Shown here one piece after another: positions 23,040 to 33,890 of a stretch of DNA of 64,000 nucleotides (positions within the stretch are counted from its first letter, which is position 1; each line of letters starts with the position of its first letter). This stretch comes from Epithemia pelagica (taxonomy: Eukaryota > Protista > Bacillariophyta): contig OX337238.1 of assembly GCA_946965045.2 (NCBI GenBank), positions 620,001-684,000 on the forward strand, given 5' to 3'. Position numbers and translations under genes: made by a program. The notes under the pieces are model-generated. The model saw only the letters and a list, made by a program, of their open reading frames with translations, was not told the DNA's origin and did no database searches.

Positions 23040-26000
23040 CTAGGCAACGAACATGGGTGGTTTGTAGGCGCTTGAAGCGGAATCCTCTCGGGAAATGATC
23101 GGTGCCAATTCAATCTGGTTATCCTTCTTTGCGGCATTATTCTCCTCCATATTGAGAAAGGGGGCTTGGTACCGCATCTCGAGGCCCAGCACGACCCAGG
23201 CAAAACTGCACACTGGAATGAGACTGGATCCCAGACCCCATTCGCAGGTCGACTCTCGGCACGTCTGGCCCACGTAAAAGAGCAAGGTGAGAGCCTGACA
23301 GATGGCAGCGAAAAACGCAATCCAGGATGCCACAGCCCAGGTCGTGGGCGATAAAATCCCGGTAAACAAAAAGTACCACAACACGCCCAAGCTAAAGGAA
23401 CCCGCCACAAACGCCGAAACATGGAAAATTCGGGCGACAATGGGGGAGTTTTCTTCGTGAAGGTCTTCGTATCGGGCGCAGTACGAATACCCGGCCAGAA
23501 TAGAGTCGGGAGGACTGTATTTCCACAAGCCAACGTGCATATCAAACTCTGCATTGTTTTGTCCCAGCTCCACCGTAATAGAGGCGAGGAAACACGATTC
23601 TCCAATCAGTACGTTGACAACCCATCCCACGATAGTGATGAGACACGCAATAATAACAAGTTGAATCATTCGTTGGCGTCGACTTTGCATGAGACTGCTC
23701 TTTAGTTTCATTGGCTTCTCCTTCTTGGCGAGATCTTCCCGGTCTGCCACTTGTTTCGAAAAAACTGAACGACACGAGTCAGATGACCAGAAGATAACAC
23801 AAGGCAAGAAAAGGGGATACGACCGCACTTACTTTGAGCATCTGTTGTTTTGCTTTTAGAGTGAGACTTTTTCTTGTGATCATGTTTCTTGGATGACTGG
23901 CGAGTACTAAGTTGTTCCTCATCCAAAAATACCTCGGACATATCTTCCGATTTGGGAGGCGCAACGTCACATGCATCAGGTGTCGGAGCCCTCAACTTTT
24001 CAAATTTGGAAGCACCGGGAGTGGTGGAGGACATCTCACAGGACAATGAAGTCTCATCGGAAGGAGTTGAATCCGGTTCATCATATATTTCCTCGGGCGT
24101 TGTATCAGACGGAGTTGTCCTAGCATTTGCTTCGATTGCTCGAACCATCGCCGCAACCCCATGTGGTGTGGAGTCCGTAGACGGAGCTGCTAGTCCCCAC
24201 ATTCGACCACCTTCGTCGTCCAAGTCTGTGTATTCCATGGGAGAATAGTCCGTTGAGTTTGCCAGGGCCTTATCAAAGGCATTGGTTCCAGTATTCGTAG
24301 AACGGGTTGCGTCGCACGAATCCTCGCATGGTTGACTGGCTTGAACCGAAACAGCCGGTACAGTTTGAGCGACCATGGGGAGAGGTTCCGGTTCTGTGCT
24401 CGTGGCGGCAAGCTCCCACATTGGACCACCATCCTCATCCTTGATAGAATCTTGCACAGTCTGAATGTCGGCCATGGACATTGCAGTATCAAAGGCGTTG
24501 GTTCCCGTCAGGGTGGAAGCCGTTCCGTCGCACGATTCTGTGTCTCGAACCCAAGCTGGTCGAGACCTTTCATCTTTCCTGGAATGAGATATCCTTGCAA
24601 CCATTGGAACTGGGGGAGGCTTGCTACTGGAGACAGCCTTCTTCCAGACCCTGCCACCCTCAACGCCATCCATATTGTCGGATGGATTAAAATCGGCGGA
24701 ACGGGTGACAGCTACATCAAATGCATTGGGGTGAGTGGATGCAGTTGCGACACTTCCGCCTTGTTTCTCGTCTCCCCCAACTTGCGGGCTGCTCTTTTTG
24801 TCCTTGGCACTGGACATTTTGGCAACTTCTGGAACTGGAGTGGGCTTTGTGCTGGTCACGGCCGATTCCCACACAGGTCCTCCCGCCACATCGTCCTTGT
24901 TCTCCGACGAGGACTGGAAATCGGTAGATCTTGAAAGAGCAATATCAAATGCGTTCGGCTTCGTCGAGACGGTAGACATGGATGCGACACTGCTGTCTGT
25001 CGGCTTTGACGGGGTTTGAACTTTCGAGGACATCTTGGCGACTTCGGGAACGGGAGTTGGTTTTGCGCTCGTGACGGCCGATTCCCATACGGGTCCTCCA
25101 GTTTCTTCTTCATTGTTCGCTGCTTCATGAGCCTCTTCTGAACGAGACAGAGCAACGTCAAAGGCGTTTGGTTTGGTAGACACCGTCGACATGGTCGCAA
25201 CACTGACATCGGTGGGCTGGAATCGGGAGGCAATCTTGGCCACTTCCGGGACAGGAGCTGGTTTGCTGCTGGAAACGGCCGATTCCCATACCGGCCCTCC
25301 CGCAGCCGCGTCCTCCGTCTCTGTTGGAGGCTGGTAGTCGGCCGAACGAGAAAAGGCAATATCAAAGGCGTTTGTCTTGGTCGAGGCGGTCGAAACCGTG
25401 GCAACACTAATATCCGTGGTTTGGTGGGCCACGCGGCCTTGGGCGGACCTCCTAGCTACTTCCGGAACTGGAGTGGGAATGGTACTCGTGACGGCCGATT
25501 CCCATACGGGTCCTCCCGTTGCCTCCTCTGTGGTATCATCCGTCCCCTGCACGTCTCCCGAACGAGCCAGGGCCACATCAAAGGCATTGGGCTTGGTGGA
25601 GACGGTTGACATGGTGGCGACACTGGCATCCGTTGGAGGTACAACGGGAGTGGTCCTTGTCGCAACGGCGGGTACCGGAGTTGGTTGGCTATCCGCGACG
25701 GCCGATTCCCATACCGGACCTCCCAATGCCTCTTCCAGGGTGGCCGAGGGTTGGAAATCCTCCGAACGTCCAAGGGCAATATCAAAGGCATTGGGTTTGG
25801 TGGAGGCTGTCGACATGGTGACGACACTGGCATCTCCAGGGTGAGGATTGGCGGGTGCTGCCTCGGACTCGTCCATGGGAGTTTCATCCATGGACTCCAA
25901 CCGAGCTCGCTCCGTCTCATCCATATCCATGGGTGCGTCCGGTGCTGGTTTGTCCGCCAATGTGCTGTCCGTTGGGTAAGTCGGTCCAACCGACGGGGAG

Positions 26001-26260
26001 GTTTCATGGGCCAATGTATGAGGAGAAGGAAGCGACGAGGCGTCGCCCCGACTGTTGGTCCCTCGGTGACGATGAAACCTCTCAATGCTTTTCTTGTCCG
26101 TGTTCATTCGAGATCGAATCGTAGTGGCTCGATGAGGACTGGACGACGACTGAGGGGAAGCATCACTGTCGGTTCCCGAGGTTTGTGTATTCATTGTTTC
26201 ACCCTGGTCACCGTCTCCACTACTGGACAAGTGTTTCTCTTCCCATTGAGAGGACGACAT
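23040..26260 (-). CDS. Repeat-containing claudin/PMP22-like tetraspan membrane protein, join(26260..23833,23764..23040), 1050 aa
   Basis: 68-nt phase-1 intron (gtaagt at 23832, ctgac branch, ttcag at 23765) fuses the 850-aa repeat ORF in frame to the 4-TM ORF. The C-terminal domain has GLW in loop 1 and conserved Cys. Confidence 0.8.
24140..25834 (-). repeat. Eight tandem coding repeats of ~68-78 aa (~205-235 bp)
   Basis: Consensus D.SVATMST.STKPNAFD.ALSRS.D.(7-10).GGPVWESAV.S.KP.PVPEVA. Copies 1-5 are near-consensus; 6-8 are diverged but keep NAFD and GG.(V/M)W. Confidence 0.92.
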
Positions 26261-27873
26261 GAGGATGAACTATGGGCTCTGGTCGGCTCCACTACGGTTC
26301 GTTGTATTGTGTCTGTTTGTAAGAACAACCCCGCTGCAACCCAACGGTTCGGTCGATCAATCGATGCAGTCGGAGACGGGCAAAGGGGTTCAATTGGAGT
26401 GAAAATTGAAGTTGTGCAACGATTCACGAGGTTTCAAAGTCCTCGAAAAATGGAGCAATACAGAACAACTATGCGAAAAGAGGGAACGCACACACAAAAT
26501 TGATGTGGATCCAACAAGCGTTGACTCCGTCTACACACAGGTGCGATAGCGCAATCGGGAAGTGTTTGTCGGGATTTGTGATGAATGAGCCGCGTGAACC
26601 CGTGAGTTTGTGGACGCAACCGTTGGGGGGAAAATGTGTACACTAAATCATGCGAGTAGCACGCAGTCCGCGCACATCAACGGACAGGCATCCCTATCTA
26701 ATGCTCGCGCACTTGGTTTTGGTCCCAGTCTTGTTTGCCGCAAGCTACACGACACATACGTCGTGATTAAATGGATCGAAAACACGCGCGTGGGGACCTG
26801 CTCGTTCCTCATACGGCAACAATTCTCAGAGAGCGTGGTTTGGTCCATCGTGCACTAAGCAAGATACCATGGCGCACCGTAACTGAACAAAGGGAACGAA
26901 AACTGTCTGTACTACACTACTCCTATCCTTCGGATGGTCTTGCATCGATGTTTTCTTGTCGCAAAATCTTGGTCCGTTGGTCAGCGCAGCTCAACGGAAA
27001 GAGGCCACATGACATACTTAGGAAGTTGAAGGTTTTTATCAAACCTCTTCAGCACCACGCAATGAAAAATGGAATCAAAATGCGGAAGTATGTCTTTGTA
27101 GACAGGACCCATAGATCGTATATCTGTGGCTCGGTCAGAAGCACCTCTTTTGAAAACACGAGCAAGCGGCGAAAGAGACATCCATTGATACAACAAAGCT
27201 GACGCGAAAGCTTTCGCACACAGACGACTTCCCATCGATCTTTCACAACGAAGGAAAGAAAACACTTTGTGACAAACTTCTTAGATATCACCAACATTGA
27301 ATGCATCCTCATGTTCTTCGCTCAAGCAATCCCATACAAAGTGTCAGAGTGATCTTCGGAACGCATCCGGTTTAGGGGAGCAAGCCTCGGGCCCATGGTA
27401 TTCGTCACTCATAATGAGACCTACCAGCTTGCGAATCATGAGCTTCAATGTCATAGGCATTGGAGAACAACTTCCGGTCATTTCCGGAATCAATAATTAT
27501 TGCCAATTCACGCTGGTCGTGCATCATCGAGACCGATCATGTCACATCATTGTGTCTCTCTATCCTCATTGGCTGGATAATGTCTGAAGAATTCCTTGCC
27601 ATATGTGAGGATCGATGGACATTTTTGCAGAGAATCGAGTCATAGTTCCTTCGAGGTCATTAGTGGAAATCAGCCAATGAAAGCCTCCATCAAAGTCTTT
27701 CGCTTCGCTATTTTCTGACTATATCCGGGTATTGTTCTGAGGTCATTCTTTGATAACATCTGTCAAGCCAATCGGAAAGACCTCAAAAAAATCTTTGTAG
27801 TCGTCAAAGATCTTGGGGGTTGTCACTTCTCATCCCATTGTTTGTAATTCCTCATCTGCTTTCTATCATCATC

Positions 27874-28488
27874 ATGAGTATCACCAAGGATAGTGTAATT
27901 GTTTGGGACGGCATCATGTCGGCCACCCCGGCAGTGGGATCCAGCGGACACTTTACCGTGGCATGGGAGGGAACCGTGTTTGTGAATTTGGCCGCTCCCG
28001 ATCCAGCCCAAGTCGAAGAACCGGTACGTCGTGGAGCTGTCTACAGCTGTTCTTCCGACAAGAGTTTCAGCGTGACGGGAGTCGCTCGTCCGGCCGATGG
28101 CACTGGCGACGGTGACCTCTTCAAGACGTACATTGTGGACTTTGCCCATGGAGGACAAGGATGGGAACTCGAAGCTGGGGGAAAGAAGCACAAGGACTCC
28201 AAGCATGATGTTTTGACCAGTCTTCAGTGGCGAGGAAGCCCGGATAAGAGCGATAGCCTCTGCTACGCACAAGGAAGCGACGAGTACGGCCATTTCATTA
28301 GCACTGGTTATATGAAACCTGGCAACCGCATCACCTTGGCTCGTCGTTATCTTGACTCTGGCGATGACCGTGCCAAATGGACTGCCGAACAGGTCCATCA
28401 AGAAATCATGAAGGCTATCTACGACAACGAAGAGGAAGATGTGACCGTCATGCCCCCTTGGAAGTGTGATGTTCTCAAGGCTCACTAG
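27874..28488 (+). CDS. Hypothetical protein (204 aa), predicted beta-rich globular
   Basis: Clean ORF from atcATG at 27874 with coding-like codon usage and Trp/Gly-rich blocks (WEGT, WRGS, GSDEYGHFISTG, TLARRYL). The antisense 220-aa ORF is a shadow. Confidence 0.75.
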   Translation: MSITKDSVIVWDGIMSATPAVGSSGHFTVAWEGTVFVNLAAPDPAQVEEPVRRGAVYSCSSDKSFSVTGVARPADGTGDGDLFKTYIVDFAHGGQGWELEAGGKKHKDSKHDVLTSLQWRGSPDKSDSLCYAQGSDEYGHFISTGYMKPGNRITLARRYLDSGDDRAKWTAEQVHQEIMKAIYDNEEEDVTVMPPWKCDVLKAH

Positions 28489-29455
28489 ATCCTCAAGTTG
28501 CAGATCTCACTGGTTTGGAGAAAGCAAGCTACAGAAACAAGCAAGTGATTACGAGGAAGACGAATCAGCAGTTCCTACCATACCAGGTCTCAAAACGAGG
28601 AACTGGATGATGCGAAACGATTTTAGTGTAGAGCAGGGAGAAGAAGACGAAGATATCGCCATTTTATTGAGTAGAATGCCTCCCCGAAAGTGATACCCTG
28701 CGTTCTCGAGCTCAACATAATCGACAAGAAGAGGAAACGAGATCCATATATCCCTTTAGTAAGATCCAATCAGAGTCATAGCATTAATTAGTTAGCCTTA
28801 CTGTGTAGCATGAGCTTGGAATCCAATCATAGGACAGAGGACATGTTTGTCAAGCATATTTTCGTGGCGACCGAATCCACTTCGACATTCTGCCATCAGA
28901 AGCCAGAATGTCCTTGGCTGAAAGAGATGTTGTTTTCCAAAAAGTGTCCCTGCAGTATCCTCGAGGAGTATTATTATTTTTGTTTCTTTGGGTGGGTCAT
29001 TGACCCGATGGTTGATTGTTCGGTTGTCCGACTCCTCGTACCGCAATAGGCCATTCGTCATATCCCACCCAAAAACCCAATTGCCCTGTACTTCAAGTCT
29101 CCTCCCAAGTGACCCTCGTAGAGAAGGAGTTGTTGATGTCTTGGTAGTCTACTGCATCTGCATCTATTGCTTGGTACAAAAGATATCCCAAAACACAGAG
29201 CGACAATAGAGCGACCGTTGGTCGATTGTTGATCGCTGGGAGCGAACAACATTCTCCCCAGCGGCTATTTTGTGTTGACGCTCGGGACTATTAAACAATA
29301 GAACTGCAAGACTGACGAGCGAACGATTACGGAGAAACTATGAACGCTTAGGAGTATCTACTATAGAAGAGAGATGCTGAATGAAACAACAGGAGATGAC
29401 AAGAAGTGGACCGGTCCATCACTCCTTTTCCCCGCTGCTCTCTCAGAAGTAAGAG

Positions 29456-32400
29456 ATGGAGGAGTCTGATCCTATTCAGAATGCGAGAACGGGGGCCTCG
29501 AATCCTGAGGTATCGACTGCAACAACAACAAAAACACCGCCTCGCACAATGCAAGACATTGTCCGCGTGATAAGGAGTGATCCGAAGGACTCAAGTATGT
29601 CGTTGTCGGATCGGGACGTTGGAGGTGATTCTTCAGAACCGCCGCCGGATATGGCTGTACTCCTATCCTGGATTTCTTCCACCTACGATGGAAAGAAGGA
29701 ATCATCGTTGTCATCCAGTGTCGATCAAGGTTTCAGTCGAGGACAAGCATCCTTGGCCATTCTAAATGCTGTGCGCGATGCCTGTCGAATATTTCTAGAT
29801 GATGAAGAGGAGAATCCAAGCAACCACACCACAAAATCTGGACAAGGACGAGGGGGGAACGTACCGTCCTCCTCCAAATTCCATGAAGGAAGCGTATCTC
29901 CTCAACAAAAGCAGAATGAGCAATATGAAGATGCCTTTCCTTCTCTCGCTTCCAAGAAACCGCAAAAAGGACAGAGCAACAATCCCAACAATCGTGGCAA
30001 CCGGAATCGTAATTCAAAACCCCATTGGCACGGAAACTCGCAACAGAAACAGCCAAACTCCAAAAACAAGAGACGCATACGACCTGCCACAATCCAACCA
30101 CCGTCTTCGGACATGTCGTCGAACCAAGCACAAAATTCGTGGGCCCCAAATCCCGCTTTTGCATCGCCGTCCGACTCACTGCATTCGCTCAATGCAGACA
30201 AGCACGATCGTCCACCACCAAAGGCCTCGCATTTATTGGAAGAACGCTTTGAACAACGGGAAATCACAACTGCAGGGCGTCCAACCCCGGCCCAGGAGAG
30301 ATCGACTTCGAACATAGTGAAGACGGACGTAGATCATGATGGCAATCGTTCAACCTCGGCTGGTCAAGATCTGTCGGAGCGACAGCACCCTCCCATTTCG
30401 ACCGAAGAAGTGGCCAAGTCTTTGCCAGTGTTGGAGAATTTAGTCACTTTGTACAATGCACTGATTGATGCATCCCTGGTGCCTTCTACAACGTTGGAGC
30501 TGCATCTCATGCTACGTTTGCTCTCAATATCGTCTCGATCGAGTCGTGAAGGTGATGAAGACAAGTCGATCCTTCTAGCTCCGCTGTTTTCCAATTCGAG
30601 TCGGTGCATATTATTTGCCAGTAATGTGCTGGTGTGTCAAGCACGTTTGCTGTGGGGCTTGGGATTAGCCCAATCACTCATTGCCTGTCCACCCGTCAAA
30701 CTTCATTGTACGAGTCTTGTTGCCAAATTGATGGAACTGGAAGAAGAACGGCGATCAGTTCAGGCGGGCCATGGAACCGGTAAAACCCTGGGTGTTCATG
30801 TTCTTGGTTCCACCGATGGAACTGCTCTCGCCTCTCCGACCAGTGAGACGGCTCTCTTTACATTACCGTTTGACCCCGCCCGTGATTCTAGGCATCGGTT
30901 TCGATCGGTCCAAGAACAAGCCTTGTATAAGAACCGCGAGAGCACACGAGACGCCTTCTTGCATCAGCTACGCCACTATTATCGACAAAACTCCAAAATT
31001 GGGACAAATCACAACAACAACAAACATCCACAAGCCAAGTCAAACACACCTTCTTCGTTTTCGTTGTTCCACGATCAGCGTCATATGGTGCGAATGGTGA
31101 TGGATGCAGTGATTATTGACAACATACCGTGGTTTGCCGATTTCTTCAAAGATTTGTTGTTGCAGCTTGGACCTGTCCCCGTGGTGCAAGAAACCGACAA
31201 GGAAGTACTACAAATGACAGATTCGGAAACATTACAAAAATTGCACAAACGACTGTTTGCTCCAACATCCAGTTCCGGGGCCCAGAAGCCGTCTCGTAGG
31301 AGTAGTCAATCCCTGATGGATTCCCCCTCTACGGCCTCCAAAACGGCATTTCCGGTTCAGGGAACAACAAACAATCGCGGCCCGAATGACAACAAGGGCG
31401 CTGGTGCGAACCAACCAAAACAAAATGAGAAGACTTCGATCAATCTTCAGGACGATCTGGTGCGGTACTTTCCTGGATATGGAGAATTCTTTCTCATTTT
31501 TGTCGTTACAGCCGACTCGTATCAGTTCAATCAACGTTTGTTTACATCACTGACCAAGAGTCTCAAGAGCACGATCGAGCAGGCATTCTCCATGACTCGT
31601 CAGAATGCTCATGAAGCTGGTAGATGTCTGAAACGTTTGTGTCTCCTGTCAAAGTTTATTGGGGTTCTTCTCTTTTCTCCATTCTGGGCCTCTTCACCTA
31701 GCGCAGCCCTCCCATCGCAAGACAAACCTTCGGATATCCTAACATGGCTGTCATTATCAGGGATTTTGTTGCATGATGTCGTGGAAAAGGCTCAAAAAGA
31801 ACATGCACTGATTTTGATGCTTCCTTGGATCGCAGATTTGGTCAAAATGGGTCAATGGGCTCCATGTGTTTTGGAGGATCGATCGTATCAACAGCTCTTG
31901 CACCAGCTAAGAACAATCCAAGTTTCCTTCTGCTCAGATGAGAATCTCAATGGATTGATTCCTCTCACCAACATGGCCTTTCTTCGATCGTGTATGGAAA
32001 CAATGTTCCGTGAGACCGCTGGTTTGGTACGAACTGTTGCCCTCGATGACGATGGAAAGGTCAACACAGTCCGGTATGAAACCAATGTGGAAGGTCTCGA
32101 TCAAGTGGGTGGAATAGTATCGAAAGGGGACTTGCATGCATCGGATAGTTTTATTGAAGAACTGTTTGACCTGACTCTTTTCATGTCACGTCCAACACAA
32201 AAACGAACGACAGGCACTTCGCGAAAACTCCGTCCCTTGCAGCTGACCTCTGAAGATACATATGCGTCTTCGGGACGGACGAGAATATTGGATAGCCCAG
32301 CTGCCTGTCCAGCAAACTCCCGTGAAAGTCAGTCTGCCATCGAAAAGAATCTCGTCGACACATTCTTCCATCGACATCGACGGGTCAAAGAAATATGCGA

Positions 32401-33367
32401 CTTCACGGTGAACCAAGTGATGAATGATATATCTCTGCTTTTGGAGAGAGATTGCATCAAACCATTCACCCAGCAAAAACTCGAGGACCAAGAGGAAACG
32501 AAGGATACACGAGCGTTAGAAACTAGTCTCCACGCTCAGTGCGAGATGTTTGTCCGTTCTCTTTTCTTAAAACGGCTAACGGATACCCTAACGTTGCTTG
32601 CTCCACCCAATGCCAAGCCAGAAGTCATAAAAATGGCATGCGAACTTGCTTCGAATCGAGGATACGAAAGAGCGACCCCGGTGATTCGAGCTTCGGTAAT
32701 GGATGGATTGAAATCCATGCAACAGTTGACTGCGAAGAAGAAGAAGCAAGATGATACAAATACAAAACAAGAGAACATTCTGGATACTGGATTTGAATCT
32801 CTGAGCAAAATGGCGAGTCATATTGAATCGCTCGTAGGTGAGCATGCAAATGAAGAGACTTCAGTAGTCAGAGGCACATTGGCCATGCTTGAACACGCAT
32901 CTTCGGAGCTTGACAAATTCATCGAATCGGAAACTTCGCAGATTCCACCCCAGAGTTTACTTCGTTCCGTCTACGAATCAATCGCTAAGCTTGACTCCTA
33001 CATAGAACCAAAGCTTCAGCTCTGGATCCACAACACGGACGAGAAATGTTGGGAACTATTTGTGATCTGTTTCTCGTTTGCTTGCAAGCTGACCCAAATA
33101 TCGCGATATGGTCTCCCGTCCTTGGTCCAATTTGTATTGAATCCAGTCCACGTTTCCGACCTACTCAAGTTGGGATCGACGTCTGGCTTTGCGGAAGTAG
33201 TGGTGAATTTGATCCGTTCCCGCCTTTTACGATTCTCCACGGTCGTCGAGAGCTTGCCATTGTCGGAGCTTCTGGAACGAGTTGTTGCAATCGGAAAGGA
33301 GCGGGCCCCAGAGGTTCCTTGGGACGATTGTATGGCTCGTCTTGTCACGAATCCGCCTTCGTCATGA
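29456..33367 (+). CDS. CDAN1: Codanin-1-like protein (1303 aa)
   Basis: LFTLPFDPARDSRHRF..KNRESTRDAFL block; Codanin-1 C-terminal-like LDQ..RKLRP..LVDTFFHRH..VKEICDF; B-domain-like KRRIRP at 30068-30085. All matched from memory. Confidence 0.7.
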   Translation: MEESDPIQNARTGASNPEVSTATTTKTPPRTMQDIVRVIRSDPKDSSMSLSDRDVGGDSSEPPPDMAVLLSWISSTYDGKKESSLSSSVDQGFSRGQASLAILNAVRDACRIFLDDEEENPSNHTTKSGQGRGGNVPSSSKFHEGSVSPQQKQNEQYEDAFPSLASKKPQKGQSNNPNNRGNRNRNSKPHWHGNSQQKQPNSKNKRRIRPATIQPPSSDMSSNQAQNSWAPNPAFASPSDSLHSLNADKHDRPPPKASHLLEERFEQREITTAGRPTPAQERSTSNIVKTDVDHDGNRSTSAGQDLSERQHPPISTEEVAKSLPVLENLVTLYNALIDASLVPSTTLELHLMLRLLSISSRSSREGDEDKSILLAPLFSNSSRCILFASNVLVCQARLLWGLGLAQSLIACPPVKLHCTSLVAKLMELEEERRSVQAGHGTGKTLGVHVLGSTDGTALASPTSETALFTLPFDPARDSRHRFRSVQEQALYKNRESTRDAFLHQLRHYYRQNSKIGTNHNNNKHPQAKSNTPSSFSLFHDQRHMVRMVMDAVIIDNIPWFADFFKDLLLQLGPVPVVQETDKEVLQMTDSETLQKLHKRLFAPTSSSGAQKPSRRSSQSLMDSPSTASKTAFPVQGTTNNRGPNDNKGAGANQPKQNEKTSINLQDDLVRYFPGYGEFFLIFVVTADSYQFNQRLFTSLTKSLKSTIEQAFSMTRQNAHEAGRCLKRLCLLSKFIGVLLFSPFWASSPSAALPSQDKPSDILTWLSLSGILLHDVVEKAQKEHALILMLPWIADLVKMGQWAPCVLEDRSYQQLLHQLRTIQVSFCSDENLNGLIPLTNMAFLRSCMETMFRETAGLVRTVALDDDGKVNTVRYETNVEGLDQVGGIVSKGDLHASDSFIEELFDLTLFMSRPTQKRTTGTSRKLRPLQLTSEDTYASSGRTRILDSPAACPANSRESQSAIEKNLVDTFFHRHRRVKEICDFTVNQVMNDISLLLERDCIKPFTQQKLEDQEETKDTRALETSLHAQCEMFVRSLFLKRLTDTLTLLAPPNAKPEVIKMACELASNRGYERATPVIRASVMDGLKSMQQLTAKKKKQDDTNTKQENILDTGFESLSKMASHIESLVGEHANEETSVVRGTLAMLEHASSELDKFIESETSQIPPQSLLRSVYESIAKLDSYIEPKLQLWIHNTDEKCWELFVICFSFACKLTQISRYGLPSLVQFVLNPVHVSDLLKLGSTSGFAEVVVNLIRSRLLRFSTVVESLPLSELLERVVAIGKERAPEVPWDDCMARLVTNPPSS

Positions 33368-33890
33368 TCCATCGTTCATCGCCATGGAGAAAACATCAAC
33401 TCTCCATGACTTGGACACAACACTGTCATTGACGGACATAGTTCGCTTCTTCTCTTCTAAACTCTGACCTAGGTAGCAGTACTCAATTAGGCCAGTTATC
33501 CTACTAATCGATTCTGCTTTTTCCTGGAAACCCTAAAACACTGTCCGTGATGAGCGATGTATCTATTGGCATGATGTGTGATGGGAACTGGGTATTGGAG
33601 TCTAGCATTCCAAGTACGAAATCCTCCTGTTGTCGCCCAAGGTACCCCAAGTGAGCATGTCGTAATCTCAACAGTGGATCCTATTATAAGCTTCCCACAA
33701 TCTTTGTACATTACAGCCGTGAGTTGTCCCTCACACATACTCATCATTGTACGGAGAAGAAGAAGAAGACTGGACTCGTTTCCCCCGTTTGCACAGTGTT
33801 CCCCGCTTTTGTTGTTGATTATGTGGATGCCACAACATTTGTCATTCCTTCTTTTTCCCAATACTCGTCTTCTTGTTGTTTGCAAGATTC

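Noticed and set aside
26980-27810. Protein-like fragments on the minus strand (DDYKDFFEVFPIG..., FVWDCLSEEHEDAF)
   Set aside because: Many stops and no family assignment. It may be a relic but cannot be supported from sequence alone. The same applies to 28800-29200, 51900-52450 and 53070-53370.
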